64,000 nucleotides of DNA from Macrostomum lignano (lineage: Eukaryota). Position 1 is the first letter of the stretch; every line of letters starts with the position of its first letter. The stretch lies in the NCBI GenBank assembly GCA_002269645.1, contig NIVC01002718.1, forward strand, positions 1 to 64,000. The letters are read 5' to 3'. This document shows positions 1 through 12,700 of the stretch, one piece after another. The notes under the pieces are model-generated. The model was not told the origin of the DNA, did not search any database, and saw nothing but the letters and a program-made list of their open reading frames with translations. The position numbers and the translations under genes are program-made.

Positions 1-795
1 GGTATAAACGCAAATGAGAATCAATCTTAGCTCTCGCTAGAAAAGACATTTATATTATTCGATGGGAAGTATCAGTCTTAATAAGTCTAATAGTGACATG
101 ATGTAGAACTTTAATGCATGTAGATAATGGTTTTGTAAAAAAGATACGGGCTTAGTGCCTAACCATCCACGCATACTGTTTTAAAGATACTTATAGCAGT
201 GGCTGAGGTCTAAGGTACACTCAGAAACTAGTATAAATTTTCCTTATCAAGCAGCAAGAATAAAGGTAAAAACGGGTAAAGTAAACGGGCTGCCGTGGTA
301 AGAATTAAAATCTATTTACATGCAGTTCCTTTCAAACGTGACGTTCCATTAATGCCGTTAAATTTTGTGTACTGTACGAAGCTATAGAAATTTATTTTGA
401 GTATAAAATTGAGCATTAAGCTTTTTCACGTAAGTTTAATTTATTTTTACTTTTTTTGTCATAATGTGTTGTAATAGCGCTACTTTAAAATTAAATTTAC
501 ATTTTAAGCTGACCGTCGTCTCGTCTCGTCACAGGCTGAGGGAACGCAAGACTGACAGACGCTTTGTATGTAACATTTGACATTCTTTTGATCTCAACGC
601 AGTATTATCGAAACAATTTTAGGAGCGAAACTATTCCTCTAAACTCTAGTTTCTTGGCATAAATAAATTTTACTAGTGCTTTTCTATAGGCCCCTACAAA
701 TTGTACGGTCTAGATTTACCATTTTCTATAGAAAATATATATCACTATCAGTCTCGTTTTATTTTATCTAAGAATCGATCAACGCCACAAGCATA

Positions 796-3700
796 ATGGC
801 GTTTAGTTCTGGAGTTGGGTTGAAGAGACGATCTTCAATGTTTCGTCTGACATCGGAAAATGATACAGAATTTGAGCTTTTTTACTTGGAAGGAAATGAT
901 GCCCTCCAAAACTACCAGAAAAGATGGGTTTTTGAAGTTGCATGGGAAGTTGTAAACAAAGGTAATTACAAGTAACAACCTAACTTTTTCATTCATGACA
1001 TTGCTATGCCTGGAATGATACTAATAGATCATTAAAAAAGCTAGCTAGCTTTAAGAAGAAATTAATTTAAAATAATATGTTTAAAGGCAATCTTTTACTT
1101 TACTGCATTTAATTTTTTTAATGGTTGAAGAAGTTGAACCAGTCCGTGGCAGTCCTGCTCAAGATGTGACACTCCCATTCAACTTAGTGAAGCAGCATGC
1201 CATGCATCCAGTGGTATACCAAATCCACTAGCTAGGTGATGATGAGGTGGGTGCCCTCAAAAAAGCTGCCCTTTATGATGCTTTTCTGCATCCTGCAGGT
1301 CGGACATGCCCAGGCATAGCCATCAACAAATTGGGCTCCATCCCGCCTCTGTAGCCGCATGGCTGGAGCCTCAAGGCATCGTTCATATGCCCAAGAATTT
1401 CGCAGTAGCCCGTAAGTGGCCAGCCAGTGAATAGTTTGCTGGCTGTTAGATGTCAACAGCACAAGCTCATGTAGCTTGACATCAATGTCGCATAGCTTGG
1501 CTGCTGGCCTTAGATTGGCCTTGGGCACAATCGTAGTGGGCGCAAAAGGCCTTCTAGCCATTAGTAAGTTGGCTGAAATGAGAAAAAAGTGAAAAATAAT
1601 TAAATGCAATAAAGTAAAAGATTGCCATTTTAAATGACTGCCACTTATAAATTTTAATTTTGGTAATGGCTAAAGTTCCAGCACCAGAACCTGTTCTCTA
1701 ATGGCTATAGATCTGGCAGTCTTCTGCAGGCAGTTATCTGATAAAGTCTGAACATTAGAAGTATCTTATTTTGAATATCATCATTTCATTTTGATCTTAT
1801 CTATTATCTTGAACAAAATCCCAATATCAACCACCTGTTAAAAAGTAAATGTTTCTGCTATATTGTACCCATAAACTGCACTACTAGAATCTATAGCCAT
1901 TAGAAAATGGGTTCTGGTGCTGGAACTCTAGCCATTGCTTTTAATTTTATATTTTTAGGCTAGGCCCACACTCTCGAATCTGTTATATGGTACGCCAGAA
2001 AAAATGACCCTTTACGCCATAAATTTAAGTTTTCGCCAGAAAAAAATTTTGTACATGATATGTACGCCGCAACAAAATTGCAACGTTATGCCAAATTGAA
2101 ATTCAAATTTTAGGTCCCTTTTCTTTTTGAGTAAAATTACCTTTTACTTTAATAAACACAAAAATCTAGGAATAAATAAATAGTAACTATGGTATAGTGT
2201 TTTTTGTTTTGTATTTTGTTTTAACATTTTGTTTGTAAAAACATTTTTAAATGTTTTTTGTATGTCAATTGAACATACAATAGGCGAATACCTCATTTTA
2301 TACGTCTACTGCCACGCCAGACATCTACGCTAGACACCAATATGCCGGCGCAGTGGCGCACAATTGGCATAGCTGTTGTGTTACGCCGGATGTTATACAC
2401 CAAGCATATTTTCAGGTCTACTGTACGCCGGAATTTTCCGGCGTATATGTAAGATTCGGGAGTGGGGGGCTAGGCCATTTTAATAAATGGCTGAAATAAT
2501 TGTCATAGTTTGCTAAAAAATTATTTACTTATTTATTATTTTATAGGTTATACTTAATATATTTATATCAAAGATAAAATTAATTTTGTTTGAAACTAAT
2601 AATAATTTAAAATAAGTTTTGAATGAAATAAAAAGATAAAATATGGATGTAAGCTTGCATCTTAAGCTTAAAAAATAAATGCAAATATGAAAACCAGGAT
2701 GCAACTTGCATCTAGGTCTAAATTTAGAGAAAGTTTTCAATGAAGTTTCAGAAAAGTATTGAAACAATATATTTATACATGATGTTTTGTTTGTAACTTT
2801 TGCTAAAAAATGATTTGCATGCATCTTGATTTAAAAAAATGCAGATGCACAAGTTGCATCTAGTGCCAAAAAGTGGGTGCAAATCTAAATTTCAGGGTAT
2901 AAACTAGCAATCTAAGCAATCTAGTGTGGCCCCCTTCAGGGTGTCCAATAAGCAAGGAGCAAAAATAGTTCATAGAAAAAAATTAAAAAAGCATATTTTC
3001 TTAAGAACCAATTCCTTCACTTTTAAAAATCACCTTATTCGTGTAAAATTGTCATATAATATGAACACACTAGACTACTAATACAGCAACCTAGGTTCAA
3101 ATCTTAGTAGTGTAAATGAAAGTAGTATATTTTTTTTAATTGAAAGTTTTTATTAAAGGACTAATTAAAAAGACCTGGATTATGGCCCTTGATAAACCAA
3201 GTATTATTGCACTTGATAAACCAAGGATTATTGCACTTGATAAGCCAATGATTATTGCACTTGATAAGCTAAGGATTATTGTACCAGGTACTTGATAAGC
3301 CAAGGATTACTGCACTTGATGATCCAATGATTATTGCACTTGATAAGCCAATGATTACTGCACTTTATAAACCAAGAATTATTGCACTTGATAAACTAGT
3401 GATGGACCGAATGTGGATTTTTGCAAGTTTCCGAAACCGAATCTGAATGTACAAAAAAAATCCGAATGTTTCCGAATATAAGCAAAAAGTGCAAGGTAAA
3501 CGGCGGGAGTAACTATGACTCTTTAAATTTATGAAAATGTCTTGTCATCTAATTAGTGCGCACATAAATTGACTGACAAGATTCCATCTCTCCTGGGCTT
3601 ATATTCGTACTCGTACTTTTATCTTAAAGGTCGGATGTTATAGGAGGTTACGCGCCTGTCGAGTTAAGCGGCTAAATATGTTTGCTTGCGCCTCCTTTTG

Positions 3701-6700
3701 ATTTCAATTAGCCTTTCAACTTTACTGGCTTTACTGTTCAATCGAAAGTTTAGAACACAAGTTTTTGTTCGAACGATAGTTGTTAGGCAGCCAGTTTGCT
3801 CGCTCGCAAGTTGGCCCATTTCTACTTTTCCGCACTTATATTTATACAACAAAATTTGCCTCAGTCAGCGTTATTTCAAACCAATAGCAATTGTAGCAAA
3901 AGAGTTCTAGATCAACGCAATTGCAAGAAAGTCTGGGAATTATTTTTTTTGGTGCGAAAGTTTGGATGCCTGCGTGCCAGTTTCATGTGAACAGCGAAAT
4001 CGGACAGCGCCGTTGTGCGTCATTCGGCGGCTCCACCAGTGTTGCAGCTGTATCGATGTCGCAATTTTGGGCGCTGATCTCAGCAGTTTTCGTGAGAGCC
4101 AGACGTTCAGATGTTCTTAGTGCAAGCCAATTTCAGCCGGCTAAACTTTTCTAACTTTCACTCGTGCAAACAATTGAGCGTTGGGAAGCACAATGAACTC
4201 CTGCTGAACTGGTCTTGCTGTCCTGAGCCGATCGGCTGATTGTTGCATACTGCTGAGATCGTTGATGCTGCTGCTGCTGATGGTGCGAGCCGAGCTACGT
4301 TGGGTGTCTTAGACAAAGGCTAGCGTCCGCAACGTTGGGGCCTACTTCATAACTTTGGTCCCCTCGCTCCAGGCTCACATTGGGTCCTCTCGTTGCCGTC
4401 CAGCCTCGCCAGGTGACTCGACCAGGTGACACGACCAGGTGACCTAGCCTATCCCCGTTCCTAGACTTATGAGCATTTTCTTATGGCTCATATCCGCCCC
4501 TTGTTGAAACGCAGACCACTCCTGGTCTGAAAATGATGGCGTCTTGATCAGTGCTGGATATCCTCATCACGTCATTTGATTTGAGTTATGCTCCTTCGCG
4601 ATAGTGTTGATTTTCTTGCTAGGGCTGTCGTCTTGGCGTCCACTTTTCACGCCTATGTCCCACCGCTAATCTAAAGGCCTAGTGCCTTACTACTGCCTAA
4701 GTTCAGTCACACGACACACAAGGGTTCTACTAACTATACCCTTAGTCAGGCAAACTGTCTCGCTTCGATCGCAGTGTTAGTCGAGACCAGGCAATCCCAC
4801 TTAAAGGTACTTGCACGTGGAATGGGCATTTATACTATAACTTTGCTTCACGTGTAATAACTTTGTCTTTCTAAACTGTTTTCTACTGCAGGCGTTTTGT
4901 GTCATTGTTATTCAATAGTTTGATGTCTCTTTATGACTTAACTCAACTTGCTTGATAATCCCATTTGGCGGACAGTAATACTCGTAGTTCATCTCAAAAT
5001 ATTGATAGCGTCGTAGATCTTCTCCATGGTAGGTCTCGTAATCAAACTCGTCCTCATACATGTACATTTTCGTCTGCTAATTCGCTTGGTGGTAAGTCCG
5101 TCGCCATGGATAGTCCATTCTGAACTATCCCTCTACCCTCCTGTTGCTGTTAGTGTTGGATTTTGTCCCTGCTCCGCAAGTTGTATGCATGAGCGGGATG
5201 CTCTTCCAGTTCATCCAAGACTTGCGTGCCAATTGTTCTATATAGCGGCTTCCTCTGCTGTAGTGCCATTCTTCTAGGGTCCATCGGTTGGAAATCGGGC
5301 AAGAAAACAGATTCCTCCGGGTTCTGCATCTTTTTTAATCTGTCGACGTGTACCAGCATTGGTTCTTTGTTATTGTCTTCCGATCGGATGGCTACATTCG
5401 TTTCGTTGAATTTCCGAATCACTCTATACGGTCCAAAAATCGTGGTTGATGTTTTGCAGTTCTTAGTGGTTCTTGTAGCATGACTCTGTCACCTACTTGT
5501 AGAGTCGTTTGCTGTCGCCCCTTGTTGGCTTGTTTGTGCGTTCGCTTTTGTGCTTGCTGTAGATTGTGTCTGGCGATTTCTCGAGCTAATCTTAGAGCTT
5601 CCGCCTTGTATAAAGTATACTTGTCTTCTGCACATGATGCATTCAGTTTTACTGGTCTCTGAAAGGTTAGCACATATGTCATATCTTCCGATTGAAACCA
5701 GTCCGTGTGCATGTATCCGACCAGTTGTCGTCCTTTCTAGTACTGGCATTGGTAATGTTCATGCACTGTCCATACCATCTGGTACAGTCTTGAACCTCGC
5801 ACTCAATATTCTCTGTCGTAGAAGTTTGTCACTGACCAAAGTCATTCTGGTAAAGTGCATTCTAGTGGCCATATTTTAAAATTTGCCGCTTTCTCGTCCC
5901 GTTGGCACTTGCTCTCCTTGTATTTGCATTTGTCTACTGGCACATACAACGAGTTCATTCCATTTCCCGAAACGTAGAATGGTACATTCGTCAACACAGT
6001 GCTGACTGTTATTTCTAATTTCTCTCCGGTCTTAGCCAGATTATCTAGGTCATTTCGAACCCATTTTTTCGTAGAGTATCGGCTGATGCAACCATCCACT
6101 TTGAGGTCTTCTTCCAATGTTCCATCTTCTGTTGTAGCTCCTGCATTCCACGAGTTACATTGTTCCACTGTGACTGTTTGTAGCTTAATTGCTACTGTCA
6201 AGTACACGAATACTGTTTTTCCTGCGATTTTGTACAGTTGCGCTGTGAAATTGTAGTCTTCTCTGTGGCATATCTTCATGACACTTTTATGTGTCTCGGC
6301 GTTCTCATGGTGTAAAGTTAATTTAAGCTTTATCCGTCCATCTTGTCCTTCCTTTGGAATTTTGCAGTCCTGTTGTTCCGGCAGCCGAATTGCTATGGGG
6401 GCTCTAATGTCGGTGCAAAATTTTGGACTGTCCACATATTGCGTGTGCATCGCTTCGATTTCGCAGAAACTTCCGGCAAAAATGAGCAGTCCCATCAGAA
6501 TCATTGGCCAGATTCGTAGGGTTTGTCTTGGCGCTATTGTTGTGTTTGCTCCAGGGTTTTTTTTGTGCGCAGAGTGTGCGTATGCACCCTAAATTTTAAA
6601 ATTGCACCCTGAAATTAAAAAAGTAGGTGCGGTTTAGGTGCGGTCTGTAAGATATTATAATATATGAAAAGTATATAAAAATCATTTGATCTTTGATCAC

Positions 6701-9700
6701 ATTAAATTTGGCCTTTTTAATCAATGATGAATGATGATAATTTTAATTGGGGCGCAACGTTGGGGCCTACTTCATAACTTTGGTCCCCTCGCTCCAGGCT
6801 CACATTGGGTCCTCTCGTTGCCGTCCAGCCTCGCCAGGTGACTCGACCAGGTGACACGACCAGGTGACCTAGCCTATCCCCGTTCCTAGACTTATGAGCA
6901 TTTTCTTATGGCTCATATCATTGTAACAAGTAGGATTTTGTGTCCATCCTGCCTGCACCTTCTGCTCACGTCGGACAACAAAGAATTGAACTCGAAGCAC
7001 AGTATTTCTGGGCCCAGGCTGCTGCGGCCTACAGCCCAGCCGAGGCAATGGCCATGCCTTTAGGCCCGCTGATGCGGGCGAGAGGAAAGTGAAGCGAGCG
7101 CCTCCACTACTGTCTCTCCTTTTATTTAAAACACAGCAGAACATGCGTGTGGGAACGTAAACTCTTATAGGCTACATAGAACAAAATGCAAATTACGCAG
7201 CAAGTTTTAGGTGCAGCCGTCCTTCGCAAATATGACTGCATTCTATGCAGCTCATATCCCTCCATGGTTGAAAAAACTTCGACACCTCAAAGTATAGTTG
7301 AAATTTGAAACGCGCTTGAATACACCAGCAATGAGCTATAGCAATGTCGGACTCCTCCAGCCGGGTCGCTACCATTCTTCAATTCGCGCTGCTCTAAGGG
7401 GGTCAACCTTGAAGTCCGCCACCTCGGAAACGAGCATGCAGTCCTCGTGAGCTATCTTAAGTAGCTTCACTGGCATGTCCCTTGCATGCACAGATCGTGC
7501 TCCGGTCTTCCTGCCGGATGCATCGCAAATTTCCCTCACAGTCTTCTTGCTGTGGGGAGGCGACTCTTGGCCTTTGGGCCGAAACACTGCTCCACTTTTG
7601 AGACGCATCGCCTCTCAGGGCAGGAAACTTGATCTGCATGCCAGTCGCCGAGACAGTGACGCTGGGGCTGACTCTCTTCTTGTCGATCCATCCGAACGGC
7701 TGTTGAACACGCGTCAGTTGGGGCGGCGGCTGCACCGTGGTGGCAGTTGAACTGAACCACCGTTGCGACTTAATGCCGTCAAGCACGCCAACGACGCAAG
7801 ATGTCCTCTGGTCGCCGGATCTCGATCTGCTGATGTTGTGCTGTCCTTCAACCGGCTTCTATTCAACCCTCTGTTATCCTTCGTGACAGGAACTTCGTCT
7901 AGCAGACTCACGCGGTCAGGGAACCATTGTAACAGGTAGGATTTTGTGTCCATCCTGCCTGCACCTTCTGCTCACGTCGGACAACAAAGAATTGAACTCG
8001 AAGCACGGTATTTCTGGGCCCAGGCTGCTGCGGCCTACAGCCCAGTCGAGGCAATGGCCATGCCTTTAGGCCCGCTGATGCGGGCGAGAGGAAAGTGAAG
8101 CGAGCGCCTTCACTACTGTCTCTCCTTTTATTTAAAACACAGCAGAACATGCGCATGGGAACGTAAACTCTTATAGGCTACATAGAACAAAATGCAAATT
8201 ACGCAGCAAGTTTTAGGTGCAGCCGTCCTTTGCAAATATGACTGCATTCTATGCAGCTCATAGATGTGATCACAATCGTGAATTCAGGACCATTTTTTCA
8301 CGATAGTGATTTTGTTGAAACCTGTTCCAACGGTTGTGAATTTCTGCTTACGTTTTTATTAGAAATATAACTTTTCTACTTGATTTACCAAAAAATGTGA
8401 ACACGAATGTGTAAAGAATTAATAAATTTTAAATTTGTTGACTTGACAGCATTACGGCCGAGTAGCTATTATCAATATACAAGTATGATTTCTTTTCTTG
8501 TTTGTTATTTTCAACACTTGTAACTTACGAGCTCAATATACATGTATGCTAATATAAATTCACGATCACGATCACGCCTGACTTTGAAAAATTCACGCAT
8601 GACCATCTTCTGCTTGTCCAACCTCTACTGACATCTATCGCGAAACCAAATTTAAAGAGATGGACTTAGATAGGAAATTCAGTTCTACTTCTACCGTGTT
8701 ACATGAACATCTAATTCTAGTACTACTGACTATTGCTAATGAGTGACATATATACAGTGCAATTATGATAATTTTACCGTACGTACGTACAGTCCATGTG
8801 ACCCATGCAGTTGCAATTTTGCATTTTGAAAAAACCTGTTATTACACTTAAACAATAATTACCAAAATATTTCCGTAACTTTAGGTTTATTGTCTTACAG
8901 GTCCCTAGGTTTAGTAAATTTACTTATTTAACTTTTTAAAACATATATTGCAGCTATTGCTGCAAAAATAGACAATCGTAGAAAAAAAGAATAACGTGAT
9001 AGATTTTGCTCTTTGCCTTTTAATTTTCTTTATTTTTAGTTTTTAGTTTCTTTATTTAACGGGTTGCATGCTTTGGTTTCTTGATTTGTAATATTTATTT
9101 TAGATTTGAATTTTAGAAGCACATTCGGAAATATTCAGAAAAAAAAATTTCCGAATCCGAAACATTCGGATTCCTATAAAAGTAAGACTTTTTTTCGGAT
9201 TCGGATTCCGAATCCGAATATTCGGATCCATCACTATGAAAAACCAAGGATTACTGCACTTGATTAGGCAATGATTATTGCACTTGACTAGCCAATGATA
9301 TTGCACTTGATAGACCAAGGGTTCTTGCACTTGATAAACCAAAGATTATTGCACTTGATAAGCCAAGGATTGCTACACTTGATAAACCAAGGATTATTGC
9401 ACTTAATAAGCCAAGGATTATTGCACTTGATAAGCCAAGGATTACTGCACTTTATAAACCAAGGATTATTGCACTTGATAAACCAAGAATTATTTTGCTT
9501 GATGAACCAAGGATTATTGCACTTGATTAGCCAATGATTATTGCACTTGATAAGCCAAGGATTTTTGTGCTTGATAAGCCAATGATTATTGCACTTGATA
9601 AACCAAGGATTATTGCACTTGATAGACCAAGGATTATTGTACTTGATAAACCAAGGATTATTGTATTTGAAAAGCCATGGATTATTGCATTTGATAAACT

Positions 9701-12700
9701 AAGGAATATTGCACTAGCTTAGAAATAGACTAATGCACTAGTGGAGACATCAATTTTGCACTTTATGAGTAAAGGATTATTGCACAAGCTAAGAATTGGA
9801 TTTTTGCGCTAGAATAAAAAGAGATTATTGTGCTAGATGAGACATGGATTAATGCACAACTTGAGAAAGCAATTATTGCATTAGCAGAGGAAATATTTGC
9901 ACCAGCTACTTGCTGTCTGATGGATGCTTGCTATTGTATCTGGGAAGGGGGTGCTTACTATTGTATTGGGGGGGGGTGCTTACTATTGGTGGATGCTTCC
10001 TCTTGATGGGGAGGGGGTACTTGCTATTTAGGAGAGAAGGGTACTGGCTATATGTATCTACATGTATGGGATTCTTTCTATCCAAGGATTCTTGCTATCT
10101 GGGTGGATGCTTACTATCTGGGTAGATGCTTGTTATCTAGGGGGATGTTTGCTTGCTATCTTGGGGATGTTTTATATTTAGGTGGAATGTCTATTATCTT
10201 TGTGAGAACTATATTTTGTTCTTTCTGTTAATTTTTAAAAAAGATTCATAGCAAACATTGTCCATGACAATTTTACTAAAATAAGTTGATTTATAAAACT
10301 GAAGAAGGAATTGTTTTTTTAAAGAAAATGTGCTTTTTTAATTGCTTTCAATGAATAATTTTTGCTCCTTGCTTATTGCATGCCTCAAAGTAGGGCACTA
10401 GATTGCTAGTATCTAACTATTATTATACTTGTAAATAATAAAATCAATAAACACTACAAATAGAAGCTCACTATGCAAAGCAAGGTTCACAAAACTCTTT
10501 AGCTTTGTTATAAATCTATATTCTATATAATACATTGGCCAAGGAGAGGCCTAAATGGCTAAACTAAACAGTTACATTATAAAATGGAAATATCCTTTTT
10601 GGCACAGTTGGTACAGTTATAGTAAGTTATTATAACAAGTATAATAATCAGCATATATTACTATGCCATTATCGTCAGTTCTTATTTTTGTTATTAATAA
10701 ACAATTTATTTTCCTATTTATTTCTTTATTTTTTCATGTGCCATTCTTTTAAAGAGTTCTTTACTCCTTGGGGTTAAGGATTTAGCAATATAGATAGAAA
10801 TTGTTTGCTTGGTAGCAGATATAATGTATATTAAGATTTAAAGGCAAAAAACTTTTTACAAAAATAGTTTTAAAATCATCAGAAATATAAATAAGGAATT
10901 ATATATCTAATTCCTTATGTACATATATATAACCATCTATTTTGTCATTGGGATGTCATTGGGATTTGTTGTCTTTTGATTTCATGCTAGTTAGCCCTTT
11001 GCTTTAACCAACAGAAAAGTTCTCCAATGATAATGAGTCAAAACAGGGATCATGTGATTTTTTGTTCAAAGATGGCCAATTTTACAGATCTGGCCAGGAA
11101 TGGTTTATAACGTGTTGGTACACACTGCTATTGCAGCTGAATGACTATTTTGCTTTTTGTTTTGACTAGTTTTAGTTTATAAAAAATGCAGTGGTTTCTG
11201 AATACTCTATTAAATATTTTACATTGCTACAATGCTATTCGCAAAATCTAAAAATGCTTTAAGGGTTTATACCTATTAGTATATTTCACCTAAAACTATA
11301 ATAATATAATTAATGTCCTATTGTGAGTAAATGGCGGGAGTATCTATATGCTGAAGTGCCTCGTCATCTAAATAGCTCACTGTGCCCCAATCTGACAGTT
11401 GGCGGAATCTACACTGTAATCCGCACCAAAGCTGGCGTCTCTGTTGATGAACTAAAAGATCACTATGTACTTTTGGGTCCATATAATGAGCACTGCTGCC
11501 GAACCGAGCTGGAGTATGGCGAGCCTAGCAACGAAGCGCTTCAACGAACTGTTCAAGCAATGAGATCCGCCGGCTGCAAAGTGGTCACCGGGCGCTGGCT
11601 TATCGAAGGCTATCCAAATGTTGTGCTGTTGGACGTTGGCACCAGCGCGCATCGTCTGGACGAATTCAAGCACGAGCTGTGGGAGAAGGTCTGTCTGTAC
11701 ATTTTCTAGCTAAGTAGCACCATTAATACATGCGCAACCCCCCCTCCGTGTTTTACACCAAAAATGCGACTTACCTCTGAAAGTGTTAAAGAAATAATCA
11801 AGTCTAATAAATCTGAGGGTTAGACTTTAACAAAAAACAGGTAAATGAGCCCTGTGGCTAAATTATTGCTTATATATTAAATCAAATCGATCTTCTCACT
11901 CCAACTCTCTGGCTCATCAACGCCTCACGCACATCAACCCCACCCCAACACCTCTGAGACGGGGACCGCCAAGTGTACACTGGCGACGCTACACATAGCA
12001 GAGGGTCGGTACGCAGGCACTCCAAATCCAACACAGAAAGAAACCCTAAAGCAAAAATTAACGCAATTTTGGGTAAATGGCAGGAGTAACTATAACTTTC
12101 TTATTAAGGGTAAAAGCCTCGTCATCTAATTAGTTTTATGTCTACTACTACGACAACCCCCTGCCGATTTTTTTGTATACAAGCTCCAAATGAGTGCGTT
12201 TGCTCACGGAACCGAACCAGTATTTTCTTGTTAGTGGTCACCAAACAACGAGTCGCGAAATAAAGTGACGCAGGTGTGCCTTAGGCGCAACTCAGTGATT
12301 TTACAGCGACTTTAGCACGCCTCAGATACGACTCATGCGGCCCCAGTGTCATTATAGAAGCACCCCCTATAGGCAATTTTTTGACAAATTTTTAGCGAAA
12401 TTGTCTCTGGGATGCTTCTTGGTCTAGGCACCGTTTGCTATCCTTTTTATTTCGTATTGTTAAAAGTATAATTTTAGCTGTTCCCTGTGTCTTTTCTAGC
12501 CTTTCATGCCTGTTCTCTGTTATCTATTTTCACCTCTATAAACAGCCAGTGCCGCGCCTTATCTATATAGAATCTGTCTAAAAAGCAAACCATTTGCAGG
12601 TGCAACAAAGCTAACGAAACCAAAGTGCTAACTGGAAGATTAAGCTAAGAGAGTTTACGCGAGAGCCATGGCCCTTGAAGAGAGAGCGGGCGCATTAGAT

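Larger units (their letters stand above)
3639..8262 (-). mobile_element. Composite Ty3/Gypsy-like LTR retroelement relic made of two LTR families
   Basis: LTR-X pair at 7928-8262 and 6922-7256 (335 bp, about 7 mismatches). LTR-Y 167-bp direct repeat at 6753-6919 and 4328-4494. PBS and PPTs present. GATGT flanks both ends (3634-3638 and 8263-8267). Confidence 0.75.
3397..9236. mobile_element. hAT-like DNA element inserted into the 24-bp minisatellite
   Basis: TIRs TAGTGATGGA(T)CCGAAT at 3397 and, inverted, ending at 9236. Subterminal CCGAAT repeats. 8-bp TSD TGATAAAC (3389-3396) / TGAAAAAC (9237-9244). No transposase seen. Confidence 0.8.
2903..10410. mobile_element. Region bounded by about 150-bp inverted repeats (2903-3055 and 10263-10410); foldback/TIR-element-like
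   Basis: ACTAGCAATCTAGTG...CAATAAGCAAGGAGCAAAAAT...AATTCCTTC...GTAAAATTGTCAT appears inverted at both ends with roughly 80% identity by eye. No clear TSD. Confidence 0.55.

Noticed and set aside
4328-8262. DIRS/Ngaro split direct repeats (A..A B..B)
   Set aside because: The junction order does not match A1-B1-A2-B2, and the PBS, PPTs and integrase tail indicate LTR elements.
3495-12133. Functional rRNA genes
   Set aside because: The fragments are under 100 nt, degenerate and lack any flanking rDNA.
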